Positions 42,433 to 54,773 of a DNA stretch of 64,000 nucleotides are shown one piece after another; positions within the stretch are counted from its first letter, which is position 1; each line of letters starts with the position of its first letter. This stretch comes from Pleomorphomonas sp. GTDB lineage: Bacteria > Pseudomonadota > Alphaproteobacteria > Rhizobiales > Pleomorphomonadaceae. Below the pieces are notes generated by a model that was given only the letters and a program-made list of their open reading frames with translations, ran no database searches and was not told the origin of the DNA. The position numbers and the translations under genes are program-made. Where the stretch lies: NCBI GenBank assembly GCA_041687675.1, contig JAWLBM010000002.1, positions 112,731 to 176,730 of the forward strand. Direction: 5' to 3'.

Positions 42433-42562
42433 AGCAGGCCGAGCATAGTCGCCTGCTGCAGGCGGCAATCGATCGGCCTCTCGATCGAGTCAAGGCATCA
42501 GAACATCGGCGCCCTGCTCAAGGGGCTCGGCGAGGGCTCCATCACAGGCTCGTTCGTATCCG

Positions 42563-44113
42563 TCACTCCCACTCGATGGTGCCCGGCGGCTTGGACGTGA
42601 CGTCGTAGACCACCCGGTTGACGCCCTTCACCTCGTTGATGATCCGCGTCGCGGCGCGGCCGAGAAAGGCCATGTCGAAGGGGTAGAAGTCGGCCGTCAT
42701 GCCGTCGACGGAGGTGACCGCGCGCAGCGCCAGCACGTATTCGTAGGTGCGCCCGTCGCCCATCACGCCCACCGTCTGCACCGGCAGGAGCACGGCGAAG
42801 GCCTGCCAGATGGCGTCGTAGAGGCCGGCCTTGCGGATCTCGTCGAGGTAGATCGCGTCGGCCTGGCGCAGGATCGCCAGCTTCTCGGGGGTGATCCCGC
42901 CCGGGCAGCGGATGGCGAGGCCCGGGCCCGGGAACGGATGGCGGCCGACGAAGCTCTCCGGCAGGCCGAGCTCGCGGCCGAGAGCGCGGACCTCGTCCTT
43001 GAACAGCTCGCGCAGCGGCTCCACCAGCTTCATGTCCATCCGCTCGGGCAGGCCGCCGACGTTGTGGTGCGACTTGATCGTCACGGACGGGCCGCCGGTG
43101 AAGGAGACGCTCTCGATCACGTCCGGGTAGAGGGTGCCCTGGGCGAGGAAGGCGGCCCCGCCGATCTTCTTCGCCTCCGCCTCGAACACCTCGATGAAGA
43201 GCCGGCCGATGGTCTTGCGCTTGACCTCCGGGTCGGTCTCGCCGGCGAGCGCGGAGAGGAACCGCTCCGAGGCGTCGACGTGCACGAGCGGGATGTTGTA
43301 GTGGCCGCGGAACAGCGAGACCACCTCCTCCGCCTCGTTCTGCCGCATCAGCCCGTGGTCGACGAAGATGCAGGTGAGCTGGTCGCCGATCGCCTCGTGG
43401 ATCAGCACGGCGGCCACGGCCGAATCGACGCCGCCGGAGAGGCCGCAGATCACCCGCTCCTTGCCCACGTCGGCGCGGATGCGCTGGATCGCCTCGTCGC
43501 GGAAGGTCGCCATGGTCCAGTCGCCGGAGAAGCCGGCGACCTTGCGCACGAAGTTGGCGAGGAGCCGCCCGCCGTCCGGCGTGTGCACCACCTCCGGGTG
43601 GAACATCAGGCCGTAGAACTTCTTCTCCGGGTTCTCGATCACCGCGAAGGGCGCGTTCTCGGAGGTGCCGCGCACGACGAAGCCCGGCGGCAGCTCGGTG
43701 ATGCGGTCGCCGTGGCTCATCCAGACGGTGTGCTTCTCGCCGGTGTTCCAGAGGCCGTCGAACAGCTGCGAGCCGGCGCAGACGTCGACCAGCGCGCGTC
43801 CGAACTCGCGGTGATGGCCGCTCTCCACCTTGCCGCCGAGCTGCTCGGCCATGGTCATCTGGCCGTAGCAGATGCCGAGCACCGGGATCCCCGCCTCGAA
43901 CACCTCCTCAGGCGCGCGCGGCGAGCCGATGTCGACGGTGGAGGCCGGCCCGCCGGAGAGGATCACCGCCTTCGGCTTCATCCGCCGGAACGCCTCGGCG
44001 GCGTTCTGGAACGGGACGATCTCGGAGTAGACGCCGGTCTCGCGCACGCGGCGCGCGATCAGCTGGGTGACCTGGCTGCCGAAATCGATGATGAGCAGGC
44101 TGTCGTGGGTCAT
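42563..44113 (-). CDS. guaA: GMP synthase (glutamine-hydrolysing)
   Basis: 516 aa from [35 protein letters not shown]. GATase class I domain, ATP-PPase SGGVDS, C-terminal dimerisation ...PPGTIEWE. Confidence 0.9.
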   Translation of the reverse strand: MTHDSLLIIDFGSQVTQLIARRVRETGVYSEIVPFQNAAEAFRRMKPKAVILSGGPASTVDIGSPRAPEEVFEAGIPVLGICYGQMTMAEQLGGKVESGHHREFGRALVDVCAGSQLFDGLWNTGEKHTVWMSHGDRITELPPGFVVRGTSENAPFAVIENPEKKFYGLMFHPEVVHTPDGGRLLANFVRKVAGFSGDWTMATFRDEAIQRIRADVGKERVICGLSGGVDSAVAAVLIHEAIGDQLTCIFVDHGLMRQNEAEEVVSLFRGHYNIPLVHVDASERFLSALAGETDPEVKRKTIGRLFIEVFEAEAKKIGGAAFLAQGTLYPDVIESVSFTGGPSVTIKSHHNVGGLPERMDMKLVEPLRELFKDEVRALGRELGLPESFVGRHPFPGPGLAIRCPGGITPEKLAILRQADAIYLDEIRKAGLYDAIWQAFAVLLPVQTVGVMGDGRTYEYVLALRAVTSVDGMTADFYPFDMAFLGRAATRIINEVKGVNRVVYDVTSKPPGTIEWE

Positions 44114-44240
44114 CGCGGCCCCTTGGTCCGGCGAGAAATGCTGAAGGCCGGCGGCTGTGTCCCGCGCCGGCGTCGTCGCCCTCCCGATAGTCGCCCCGGC
44201 GCGGCGCCGCAAGGGCAAACGACGCCGCGTCCCCCTCGGG

Positions 44241-45554
44241 TCAGGTGCGCTCCAGCACGGCGACGAAGAAGCCGTCGGTGCCCGTCGTCGCCGGGGTCAT
44301 CCTGAGCGCCGCACGCTCCTCCGCCCCGATCCGGACGACCGAGGTCGCCGGCGGCTCCCGGCCGGTGACCGCCTGGAACGCGGCCGGCGCATCGGCGAGG
44401 TGGAACTCGGGGTAGGCTTCCAGGAAGGCGGCCACGCGGTCCTCGTTCTCCTCCGGAAGCACCGAGCAGGTGACGTAGACCAGCCGTCCGCCAGGCCGGA
44501 CCAGCGCGGCGCCACGCTCCAGCACCTCCGCCTGCTCCTTCTGGCGGATCTCCAGCGCCCCGGGTGCAAGCCGCCACTTGGCGTCCGGCCGCCGCCGCCA
44601 GGTGCCGGAGCCGGTGCACGGGGCGTCGACCAGAACCACGTCGGCCCGGGCCTCGAGGTCGGCCAGCGCGTCGGCGGTCCGCCGCGGCTCGCGGATCTGG
44701 ATGTTGCGGGCGCCCGCCCGGGAGACGCGCTCGACGATGTCGCCGAAGCGCCGCTTGTCGCTGTCGTAGGCGTAGATCTGGCCGCGGTTGGCGAGCCCGG
44801 CCGCCATGGCGAGCGACTTGCCGCCGCCGCCGGCGCAGAGGTCCACCACCTGGCCGCCGCCGGCGGCCACCGCCATCAGCGCGGCGACCTGGCTGCCCTC
44901 GTCCTGGATCTCGAACAGGCCCTTCTTGTAGCCGAGCTCGGCCGCGACGAAGGGCGGCTTGTCGTCCGCGTCGCCGGACGGGATCCGGACGCCGACCGGC
45001 GACCACTCCGTCGGCCGCGCCGCGAGATCGGCAAGCGAGGCGACCACGGCCTCGCGGTCGGCCTTCAGCGTGTTGACGCGGACGTCGACGTCGGCGCGGC
45101 CGGCAAGGGCGACGCCCTCCTCGACCAGCCGGTCGCCGAAGGCGCGGCGGAGCGAGGGCTCGAGCCATTCCGGAATGTCGGCCCTGACGCCGTCCGGGGC
45201 GTCGGCCGGCAGCGTCCCGGCGGATAGCCGCGCGCGCTCCTCGCCGGTGAGCGGCGGCGGGGCGTGGCGATCGTCGGCGAGCGCGGCCTCGAGGGCCTCG
45301 ACCGGTCGCCCCCAGACCCGGACATAGGCGGCGAGCACCACCGCCCGCGGCGCCTCGTCCCCCATCAAGGCGGCCAGCGAGCGTTGCCGCCGGAACACGT
45401 CGAAGACGAGGTTGCCGATTGCGCTGCGGTCGCGCGAGCCGGCGAAACGGTGGGAAATGCCCCAGTCCTTCAGCGCGTCATGCACCGGGCGGCGCGTCCG
45501 CCCCACGTCCTCGAGTACCTCGATCGCCGCCGCGATCCGCCCGCCGTCCTTCAT
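44241..45554 (-). CDS. rsmB: 16S rRNA (cytosine-C5)-methyltransferase, RsmB/Sun family
   Basis: 437 aa. SAM-binding [10 protein letters not shown], catalytic [15 protein letters not shown]. Confidence 0.8.
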   Translation of the reverse strand: MKDGGRIAAAIEVLEDVGRTRRPVHDALKDWGISHRFAGSRDRSAIGNLVFDVFRRQRSLAALMGDEAPRAVVLAAYVRVWGRPVEALEAALADDRHAPPPLTGEERARLSAGTLPADAPDGVRADIPEWLEPSLRRAFGDRLVEEGVALAGRADVDVRVNTLKADREAVVASLADLAARPTEWSPVGVRIPSGDADDKPPFVAAELGYKKGLFEIQDEGSQVAALMAVAAGGGQVVDLCAGGGGKSLAMAAGLANRGQIYAYDSDKRRFGDIVERVSRAGARNIQIREPRRTADALADLEARADVVLVDAPCTGSGTWRRRPDAKWRLAPGALEIRQKEQAEVLERGAALVRPGGRLVYVTCSVLPEENEDRVAAFLEAYPEFHLADAPAAFQAVTGREPPATSVVRIGAEERAALRMTPATTGTDGFFVAVLERT

Positions 45555-45685
45555 GCCGCATGCCTTCGGTTGACCCGTCCAGGATGGGGCATAGGCGAGG
45601 ACGGCGGCGGGAGCAAGGGCCGTGGCTCACCCGTTCGCCCCCCGGCCGTGATCGGCTGCAGCGAACAGGCAAGGGCGAGGGTCGA

Positions 45686-46864
45686 TCAGGCGGCGGACGG
45701 GCCCGACGATCCCGACGGCGCGCCGCTGGCCGACGCCGGTCGGATCAGGTTGCGTAGCATCGCTTCCAGGCCGGAGCCGTCGGAGGCATGGAGATCCACC
45801 TTGCCGATCTTCTCGACCAGCCGCTCCAGGGTCTCCAGTTCCTTCAGCCGCATCAAGGTCGGGTTCTCGTCCATGAGCCGCGCCGTGTTGAGCAGCGAAC
45901 GGGTGGCCGCCGTCTCCTCCTGCCGGCGGATCAGATTCGCCCGGGCGGTCCGCTCCGCATCGACGACCTTGTTGACGAGGTCGCGAATCTCGCCCGGCAG
46001 GATCATGTCCTTGACGCCGACCGCGTCGACGACCACGCCGAGTTCGTCTGTGCGAGCGACGAGGTAGGCCCGAACCTCCTCGTCGATCCGGTCCCTGGCC
46101 CCGAGCACCTCGTCGAGAGTGCGCCCGGAGACCGCCTCGCGGATGGCAAACTGCACCAGCCGGTAAAGGGTCGCCGACATGTCGGTCGTCGCACCGGCCG
46201 CCTTGATCGGGTTGGTGACCCGGTGGAAGCCGGACAGCGTCACCCGGATCTGGATCCGGTCCTTGGTGAGGAGCTCCTGTGCGGTCACCTCGAGGAGTTG
46301 TGGACGCAGGTCGATCTTGACGATCCGGATCGCCCACCTCGTCATCCAGAAGGCATGACGCCCAGCCTCCAGGACGCCATCAAGCTTGCCGTTTCGATAG
46401 AGGAGGCCCACCTCGTGGTCCTGCACGTCGACGAAGGTTGCGAGCCCCTGCGGGCTTACCCGTGCGACGGCGGCGATGTCGTCCTCGGCAATCCGGCCGT
46501 CGCTTTCGGTGACGTTGATCAGCCGGACGTCCACGCGGGTCGCGGCCGACCAGAAGACACGGCACTGGAGCGGGCCGACCGCGGTCGACGACGGGACACC
46601 GTCGAAGGAGATGAGCGCGACCTCGTCGGGGCCAGTCGTCACCACACGGAAGTTGTCGGCGGCGGCGCGCGGGTCGGCCGCCTCGATGAGGACATAGCGC
46701 TCGTGCGGAAACTCGCTGCGGGCAACGTTCAGGATCTCAATTCTCAAGTCGCGCCGCCATCGGTGCACGCGATGCACGCCCGGCCCGAGGATTCCGGCAA
46801 AGCGCCCGCCTCTCGTTAAGATGCCGCGCTGGCCGTCGGCGATGACCACCTTCCTGAACAACAC
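45686..46864 (-). CDS. SPFH/band-7 (slipin-like) domain protein with N-terminal extension
   Basis: About 392 aa. SPFH core (...LLTKDRIQIRVTLSGFHRVTNPIKA...GVKDMILPGEIRD...ARANLIRRQEETAATRSL...). GTG start 9 nt after AGGAGG. Confidence 0.7.
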   Translation of the reverse strand: MLFRKVVIADGQRGILTRGGRFAGILGPGVHRVHRWRRDLRIEILNVARSEFPHERYVLIEAADPRAAADNFRVVTTGPDEVALISFDGVPSSTAVGPLQCRVFWSAATRVDVRLINVTESDGRIAEDDIAAVARVSPQGLATFVDVQDHEVGLLYRNGKLDGVLEAGRHAFWMTRWAIRIVKIDLRPQLLEVTAQELLTKDRIQIRVTLSGFHRVTNPIKAAGATTDMSATLYRLVQFAIREAVSGRTLDEVLGARDRIDEEVRAYLVARTDELGVVVDAVGVKDMILPGEIRDLVNKVVDAERTARANLIRRQEETAATRSLLNTARLMDENPTLMRLKELETLERLVEKIGKVDLHASDGSGLEAMLRNLIRPASASGAPSGSSGPSAA

Positions 46865-47140
46865 CTTTGGCGCCCTCCTGGAGCTGTCCGAACCCGTGGC
46901 TTCCCTGGTATGCGCGGTGCAATGGTTCCCCGGGCGTCCCCGCGAGGCGGGCGACGGGTCCGATCTTGAGCCGCGTTTTCCGGAACCCCTCGGCGGAGGC
47001 TCCGGGCCATCGCGGCGGTATCCGACCGGACGCAGGGTCGGCGCCCCGGTCGGCCCGCTCCCCGTCCGGCGAACCGGAGGCGGAGGGCGAACCGGCGGGA
47101 CACCCGGTTCACCTGTTTTCGACGAACGGTTCACAGCCGT

Positions 47141-47211
47141 TGGTTGAGCTGGATTCGAACCAGCGACCCGAAGGTTAGCTACCTTCTGCTCTGACCACCT
47201 GAGCTATCAAT
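47141..47211 (-). tRNA. tRNA-like element 1 (canonical D and T arms, 7-bp anticodon loop TAGCTAA with A33, 5' acceptor strand unpaired)
   Basis: Minus-strand read ...GATAGCTCAGGTGGTCAGAGCAGAAGGTAGCTAACCTTCGGGTCGCTGGTTCGAATCCAGCTCAACCA. The T-arm GGTTCGAATCC is perfect, but the 5' strand ACATTGA pairs with only 4 of 7 nt of the 3' strand TCAACCA. Confidence 0.4.
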
Positions 47212-47212
47212 G

Positions 47213-47286
47213 TACATGCGTCCGGAATCGAACCGGAGACCTCCGGCCTCCGGCCGGCGCTCTCCCAGACTGAGCTACGCATGCGC
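47213..47286 (-). tRNA. tRNA-like element 2 (Ala-like D/T arms and acceptor, GC-only 4-bp anticodon stem with loop CCGGAGG lacking U33)
   Basis: Minus-strand read GCATGCGTAGCTCAGTCTGGGAGAGCGCCGGCCGGAGGCCGGAGGTCTCCGGTTCGATTCCGGACGCATGTACA. Acceptor stem is 7 bp (G1-U72), variable loop AGGTC, anticodon arm 2 nt short. Confidence 0.4.
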
Positions 47287-47489
47287 GTCCGTCCGCAGCA
47301 CACGGTTCTGCACGCAGCCGCGCTGGAGCGGTGAAACCCGATCCGGACACGGACAGACCACCGACCATTGCCGCATGCTGGCATTTTCGTCAATAGGATC
47401 GCCGGCGACGGCTGTCCTGTTTGCCGCGCACCGATCCGGACGCGGCGCCGGCCGCCTGCATTCCGGGACCTTGCCGCGGGGCTAACCCC

Positions 47490-49622
<2,133 letters not shown>

Positions 49623-49668
49623 TCACTCCCCGTCCGGCGGGCGCCCCCGCTCGACCGGCGTGGGGCTT

Positions 49669-49764
49669 GGACGGCACCCGTCCACCGCCCTCGACGTCAT
49701 CCGGGCGACCCGGCGCCCAGGACCGTGGACGGCACCCGTCCACCGCCCCTCGACGTCATCCCGG
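49669..49764. repeat. Direct repeat (two copies of ~37 bp GGACGGCACCCGTCCACCGCCC(C)TCGACGTCATCC(C)GG), each containing the hairpin GTGGACGG-CAC-CCGTCCAC
   Basis: Copies at 49669-49705 and 49727-49764, read directly from the sequence. Confidence 0.6.
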
Positions 49765-49840
49765 CGAAAGCCGGGATCCAGTGCCCGGCCGGGGTGCAGA
49801 TGGCGAGGGGGCCTGGATCCCGGCGTTCGCCGGGATGACG
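49756..49840. repeat. REP/MITE-like palindromic element (arms CGTCATCCCGGCGAAAGCCGGGATCCAG / CTGGATCCCGGCGTTCGCCGGGATGACG)
   Basis: Inverted arms of 28 bp, each itself a small hairpin (CCCGGC-NNNN-GCCGGG), separated by ~29 bp. Intergenic between the hypothetical gene and rlmE. Confidence 0.6.
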
Positions 49841-49960
49841 GAAAGCAGATGCACTCTGCAAGTCACCGGCTCAGCGGCAATGGATCATGCGGAAGGTTTG
49901 CACGACCGCGTCATTCGGTCAAGATTGCAACGATATAAACAACGGTGCCCCGCCGATCCC

Positions 49961-50683
49961 CTACCCCTCCGGCCGTCCCTTGAACCCCTTCGCCACCACG
50001 TACATCTCGACCGACTCCTGCCGGCTCGAGGGCGGCTTCATGTGGACGACCTGGGCGAAGTTCTGCTTGAGCACGGTCAGCAGGTCGGTCTCGGTGCCGC
50101 CGCGGAAGACCTTGGCGACGAAGGAGCCGCCGGGGTTGAGGACGTCGATGGCGAAGGCGGCGGCCACCTCGGCGAGGTAGGCGGTGCGCAGGTAGTCGGT
50201 CTTGTGGTGCCCCGTCGTCGGAGCGGCCATGTCGGAGAGGACGGCGTCCGGCGCCTCGCCGCCGAGGGCGTCGATCAGCGCCGCGGGCGCGTCCTCGTCG
50301 AGGAAGTCCTTCTGCAGCAGCACCACGCCGGGGATCGGATCCATCTCGAGGAAGTCGATGCCGACCACCAGCGGCCGGTCCGAGGTGGAGCCGACGCGCT
50401 TCGCCGAGACCTGGCACCAGCCGCCCGGCGCGGCGCCGAGGTCGACCACCCGGCTGCCCTTCTTCAGGAGCCGGTGCTTGTCGTCGATCTCGATCAGCTT
50501 GAAGGCCGCGCGCGAGCGCCAGCCCTCCTTGCGCGCCTTGACCACATAGGGATCGTTGAGCTGCCGCTCGAGCCAGCGCGTGGACGAAGCGGTGCGCCCG
50601 CGCGCGGTCTTCACGCGGACCTTGAGGCCTGTGTCGGCCCGGCCCTTGCCCTTGGGCTTGCTGGTCTTCTTCTCGTCGGCCAT
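49961..50683 (-). CDS. rlmE: 23S rRNA (uridine2552-2'-O)-methyltransferase RlmE (FtsJ)
   Basis: 240 aa. ...[37 protein letters not shown]..., catalytic K-D-K-E context. Confidence 0.88.
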   Translation of the reverse strand: MADEKKTSKPKGKGRADTGLKVRVKTARGRTASSTRWLERQLNDPYVVKARKEGWRSRAAFKLIEIDDKHRLLKKGSRVVDLGAAPGGWCQVSAKRVGSTSDRPLVVGIDFLEMDPIPGVVLLQKDFLDEDAPAALIDALGGEAPDAVLSDMAAPTTGHHKTDYLRTAYLAEVAAAFAIDVLNPGGSFVAKVFRGGTETDLLTVLKQNFAQVVHMKPPSSRQESVEMYVVAKGFKGRPEG

Positions 50684-50698
50684 GCCACCCCGCTCGCG

Positions 50699-52225
50699 TC
50701 AGCCCGGCCGCGGGCCGGGGGGCGGACGGCGCCGCCAGACACCGTCGCGGGCCATCAGCTCGACGAGGATCCCCTCGCGCAGGCCCCGGTCCGCGACGCG
50801 CAGCCGGTCGCAGGGCCAGCGGCGGCGGATCGCCTCCAGGATGGCGCAGCCGGCGAGCACCAGGTCCGCCCGGTCGGCCCCGATGCACGGATTGGCGACG
50901 CGCTCGTCGAAGCCCATCGATGTCAGCCGCTCGATCATCCGGTCGACATCGCCGCCGTCGAGCCAGACCCCGTCCACCCGGCGGCGGTCGTAGCGCTTCA
51001 GCCCGAGGTGGATGCCGGCGAGCGTCGTGACCGTGCCGGAGGTGCCGAGCATGTGCACCCGCCCGCCGGCGACCATCCCGGCGAGTTCGTCGGCGCCGTC
51101 GAAGCCGTCCAGCATCTCCGCCACCTCGTCCACCATGGCGGCGAACACCTCGGGCGTGACGGCGACGCCGCCGTGCCGTTCCGAGAGCGTCACCACGCCG
51201 ACGGGCAGCGAGGTCCAGGCCTTGATGAAGCGGGTGAGGCCGAAGCCCCTCGCCTGCCCGCGGTTGCGAAGGTCGAGCCAGACGAGTTCGGACGAGCCGC
51301 CGCCGATGTCGAACAGCACCACGCCCTCGGCCGTCGGGTCCACCAGGGTGGCGCAGCCGGCCACCGCGAGGCGCGCCTCCGTCTCGCGGTTGACGATCTC
51401 GAGGCCGAGGCCGGTCTCCGCGCGGACGCGCTCGAGGAACAACGGCCCGTTGTCGGCGAGGCGGCAGGCCTCCGTCGCGATCAGCCGCATCCGGCGGACC
51501 TCGAGCTCCTCCATCTTCATCCGGCAGATCGCCAGCGCCTCGACGGCCCGGTCCATCGCCGGCTCGCTGAGCCGCCCGGAGCGGCCGATGCCCTCGCCGA
51601 GGCGGACGATGCGCGAGAAGGCGTCGACCACCCGGAAGCCACGCTCCTGCGGCTCGGCGACGAGCAGGCGGCAGTTGTTGGTGCCGAGGTCGAGGGCGGC
51701 GTAGAGCGGCTGGGTGCCGCGCCGGCGCAGCACCGAGCGCGACACGGCCGGCGCGGGCGAACCCTCGCGTCCCCGCTCCTCGCGCGGCCGGCGGTCGCCG
51801 GATGGGTTCCCCTGCGGCGACGGGCCCTGGCGCATGCCGGGCCGCGAGGTCGTCTCGCTCAGGGGCTGGGATCGTCGCAGCCCGCGCAGATCTGCCGCGG
51901 GCGGCGGCCCTGCCGGGGCCGCGACCGCGCCGTCACGCTTGCGGCGGCGCTGACGCGCGCGCTTGCCCGGCGCCTTCGCTTCGGTCGGGGACCGCGACCC
52001 GGCCCCCGTCTCGGTCATGGTTGTCTGCGGCGCGAGATCCCGCTCGATCCTGTCTGCGACCGGCGCCGCGGCCTTTGCCGCTCCGCCCCGCCGCTTGCGG
52101 CGCCTGCGCGCCGCCCGCTTCGACAGGCCCCCGGTGCCGATGCCGTCGGACGGAATCCCGTCCGCACGGCCGATGGCCCCGGAGACGGGACCGGCGCGGC
52201 CGTGTCCGTCGCCCGCGTCGATCAC
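50699..52225 (-). CDS. ppx: Exopolyphosphatase / guanosine pentaphosphate phosphohydrolase (Ppx/GppA)
   Basis: Ppx/GppA core (LYAALDLGTNNCRLLVAEP..., VLFDIGGGSSELVW) preceded by a ~150-aa Arg/Lys/Pro-rich N-terminal extension. The true start is uncertain (possibly an internal Met). Confidence 0.7.
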   Translation of the reverse strand: MIDAGDGHGRAGPVSGAIGRADGIPSDGIGTGGLSKRAARRRRKRRGGAAKAAAPVADRIERDLAPQTTMTETGAGSRSPTEAKAPGKRARQRRRKRDGAVAAPAGPPPAADLRGLRRSQPLSETTSRPGMRQGPSPQGNPSGDRRPREERGREGSPAPAVSRSVLRRRGTQPLYAALDLGTNNCRLLVAEPQERGFRVVDAFSRIVRLGEGIGRSGRLSEPAMDRAVEALAICRMKMEELEVRRMRLIATEACRLADNGPLFLERVRAETGLGLEIVNRETEARLAVAGCATLVDPTAEGVVLFDIGGGSSELVWLDLRNRGQARGFGLTRFIKAWTSLPVGVVTLSERHGGVAVTPEVFAAMVDEVAEMLDGFDGADELAGMVAGGRVHMLGTSGTVTTLAGIHLGLKRYDRRRVDGVWLDGGDVDRMIERLTSMGFDERVANPCIGADRADLVLAGCAILEAIRRRWPCDRLRVADRGLREGILVELMARDGVWRRRPPPGPRPG

Positions 52226-52348
52226 TTCATCTCTCCGGCGCCGCTCGCGAACCCCTTGTGGAGGCTCCAGCTTGCGGCGCGCATGCTTCTTCGTCGGGGA
52301 AGACCGTAGCAGGCGCCGGGCCGCTTGGCAAAGGTTCGCCGGACCGGC

Positions 52349-52996
52349 TCAGTCGACCTCGTCCGAGGGCACCACATGGGTTTCGGCGTGGGCGCGCGCG
52401 ACCCACTCGCGCATCGCCGGATGCGCGAAGACCGCCTCCATCCACGCCGCCTCGACCTCTCCGACGGGCACCTGGTAGGTGTGCAGGCGGCTCGCCACCG
52501 GGGCGAAGAACGCGTCCGCCGCCCCGAAGGCGCCGAACAGGAACGGGCCGCCGGCGCCGAAACGCTTGCGGGCGGTCCGCCAGATCTCGCGGATGCGGCG
52601 GATGTCGGCGGCGGCGGCCGGGGTCGGCTCGCGCGGCGCCGGCGGTCGGCGGATGTTCATGGGGTAGTGGCCGCGCAGGGCGGTGAAGCCGGAGTGCATC
52701 TCGGCCACGATCGATCGCGCATGCGCCCGGGCCGCCCGGTCGGCGGGCCAGAGGCCGGCGTCCGGCGCCTTCTCGGCGAGGTATTCGACGATGGCGAGCG
52801 AATCCCACACGGTGACGTCGCCGTCGATGAGCACCGGCACCCGCCCCGCCGGCGAGTGCTCGGCGATGCGCGCGTGCATGTCCGCCGTGTCGAGGTCGAT
52901 CACCACGTCGTCGAAGGGCAGGCCGCACGCGCGGGCGGCCAGCCAGGCGCGCAGCGACCATGTCGAATAGTTCGTATTGCCGATCACCAGCTTCAC
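52349..52996 (-). CDS. Glutathione S-transferase family protein
   Basis: 215 aa. GST N-domain (...NYSTWSLRAWLAARACGLPFDDVVIDL...RVPVLIDGDVTVWDSLAIVEYL). GTG start with GGGAGGG RBS. Lies inside artefactual ORF 52349..54160. Confidence 0.7.
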   Translation of the reverse strand: MKLVIGNTNYSTWSLRAWLAARACGLPFDDVVIDLDTADMHARIAEHSPAGRVPVLIDGDVTVWDSLAIVEYLAEKAPDAGLWPADRAARAHARSIVAEMHSGFTALRGHYPMNIRRPPAPREPTPAAAADIRRIREIWRTARKRFGAGGPFLFGAFGAADAFFAPVASRLHTYQVPVGEVEAAWMEAVFAHPAMREWVARAHAETHVVPSDEVD

Positions 52997-53236
52997 GGGC
53001 GCCCTCCCTTTGTGCGAGACCGCAGAGGATGCATGCGGCCGCGTCGAGCACAAGCCGGCGACACGTTTCGCGACTGCGAATGGCGCCGCTGCAGCGCAGC
53101 GACGAAAACGTTTGCGCAAACGATTTGGATCGGCATACTCGAATGTGGACAGGGCGATAGCCCAGCGGGACCGGGGAGAAACCCCGGCCTGTCGCCGATC
53201 GGCCGCGGCCGCCGGCGGGTCGTCGATGGGGGGAGA

Positions 53237-54253
53237 ATGGCCACGATCAAGGACGTCGCGCGGCACGCCAACGTGTCGTATACGACGGTGTCTCACGTGA
53301 TCAACGACACGCGCCCGGTCGCCGCGGAGACGGCGCAGCGGGTGCGGGCGGCCATCCGCGAACTCGGCTACATGCCGTCCGAGGTGGCGCGGGCGCTGAA
53401 GTCGAAGCGCACCCACATCGTCGGCATGATCGTCACCTCCACCTCCAATCCCTTCTTCGCGGCCGTGACCGGCGGCGTGGAGCGCGCCTGCTTCGACCGC
53501 GGCTACTCGCTGATGCTCTGCAACACCGACGACGTCGAGGAGCGGCTGAACGAGTACCTCGACACGCTGTTCGCCAAGCGCATCGACGCGCTGGTGGTGA
53601 TGACGACCAACGCCAGCCCGGAGTTCCTTCGCCGGCTCAGGGAAATCGATTCGGTGCCGGTGGTGGCGATCGACGCCGCCCCGGACACCGCCCGCACGGT
53701 GGTCAACGACGACTCCGATCTCGGCGGGCGGCTGGTCGCCGGCTTCCTGGCGAAGCGTGGCTTCCGGCGGATCGCCTGCCTCGCCGGTCCCGAAGGGCAT
53801 CCGCGCATGCGCGAGCGGCTGGCAGGGTTCGAGGCCGGCCTCGCCGAGCATGGCCTCGCGCTCGACCCGACCCTGCTCGCCCACGAGCCGCTCACCATCG
53901 ACGGCGGGGCCGCGGCGATCGCCCGCTTCCTCGCCCTGCCGCCGGAGGGCAGGCCCGAGGTGGTGTTCTGCTTCAACGACATGATGGCCGTCGGCGTGCT
54001 GCACGCCGCCCATGACGCCGGGCTCGGCATCCCCGACGACCTCTCGGTGGTCGGCTACGACGACATCGAGTTCGCCTCGCACACCATTCCGCCGCTCACC
54101 ACCGTCCGCCAGCCGACCGCCGAGATCGGCGGAACGGCCGCCCGGGCGATCATCGACCACCTGGAGACAGGGGCCGCGCTGCCCGAGACCGTCTCGCTCG
54201 CCCCGGAACTGGTGGTGCGCGGATCGGTCCGCGGCGCACCAGCCCCGGGCTGA
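53237..54253 (+). CDS. LacI-family transcriptional regulator
   Basis: MATIKDVARHANVSYTTVSHVIN (HTH) plus a periplasmic-binding-fold sugar sensor domain. 338 aa. Confidence 0.85.
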   Translation: MATIKDVARHANVSYTTVSHVINDTRPVAAETAQRVRAAIRELGYMPSEVARALKSKRTHIVGMIVTSTSNPFFAAVTGGVERACFDRGYSLMLCNTDDVEERLNEYLDTLFAKRIDALVVMTTNASPEFLRRLREIDSVPVVAIDAAPDTARTVVNDDSDLGGRLVAGFLAKRGFRRIACLAGPEGHPRMRERLAGFEAGLAEHGLALDPTLLAHEPLTIDGGAAAIARFLALPPEGRPEVVFCFNDMMAVGVLHAAHDAGLGIPDDLSVVGYDDIEFASHTIPPLTTVRQPTAEIGGTAARAIIDHLETGAALPETVSLAPELVVRGSVRGAPAPG

Positions 54254-54279
54254 CCCCGAACAGGAAAGGCACAGGAACC

Positions 54280-54732
54280 ATGCTGAAAGGGCTCGATCCG
54301 CTGCTCAACGCCGAGGTCCTGCACGTGCTGCGCGCCATGGGGCACGGCGACGACCTCGTCGTCTGCGACACCAACTTCCCGGCCGATTCCGTGGCCCGCG
54401 AGACCGTCTGGGGCGACCTCATCCGCATGGACGGCGTCACCGCCGCCCGGGCGGTCGAGGCGGTGCTCTCGGTGATGCCGCTGGACAGCTTCGTGCCCCA
54501 TCCGGCCGAGCGGATGGAGGTGGTCGGCGAGCCCGACAAGGTGCTGCCGGTGCAGGAGGAGGTCCAGGCGGTGGTCGACCGCTACGAGCCGGAGGTCGGC
54601 AAGATGGGGTCGATCGAGCGGTTCGCCTTCTACGAGCGCGCCAAGACGGCCTATGCGGTGCTGGTGACCGGCGAGCGGCGCTTCTACGGCTGCTTCATCC
54701 TCAAGAAGGGCGTCATTCCGCCGGACGCCTGA
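54280..54732 (+). CDS. rbsD: D-ribose pyranase / RbsD-FucU family mutarotase
   Basis: 150 aa. MLKGLDPLLNAEVLHVLRAMGHGDDLVVCDTNFPA... Confidence 0.75.
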   Translation: MLKGLDPLLNAEVLHVLRAMGHGDDLVVCDTNFPADSVARETVWGDLIRMDGVTAARAVEAVLSVMPLDSFVPHPAERMEVVGEPDKVLPVQEEVQAVVDRYEPEVGKMGSIERFAFYERAKTAYAVLVTGERRFYGCFILKKGVIPPDA

Positions 54733-54773
54733 TCGGGCGGCGCTGCGGACGGAACGGGAACGGGGGCGATCAG

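Noticed and set aside
42338-42562. Possible intact small toxin/antitoxin or Abi gene after the second vapC
   Set aside because: Only a 29-codon ORF is open. Continuation requires frame changes, so I recorded it as a remnant rather than a gene.
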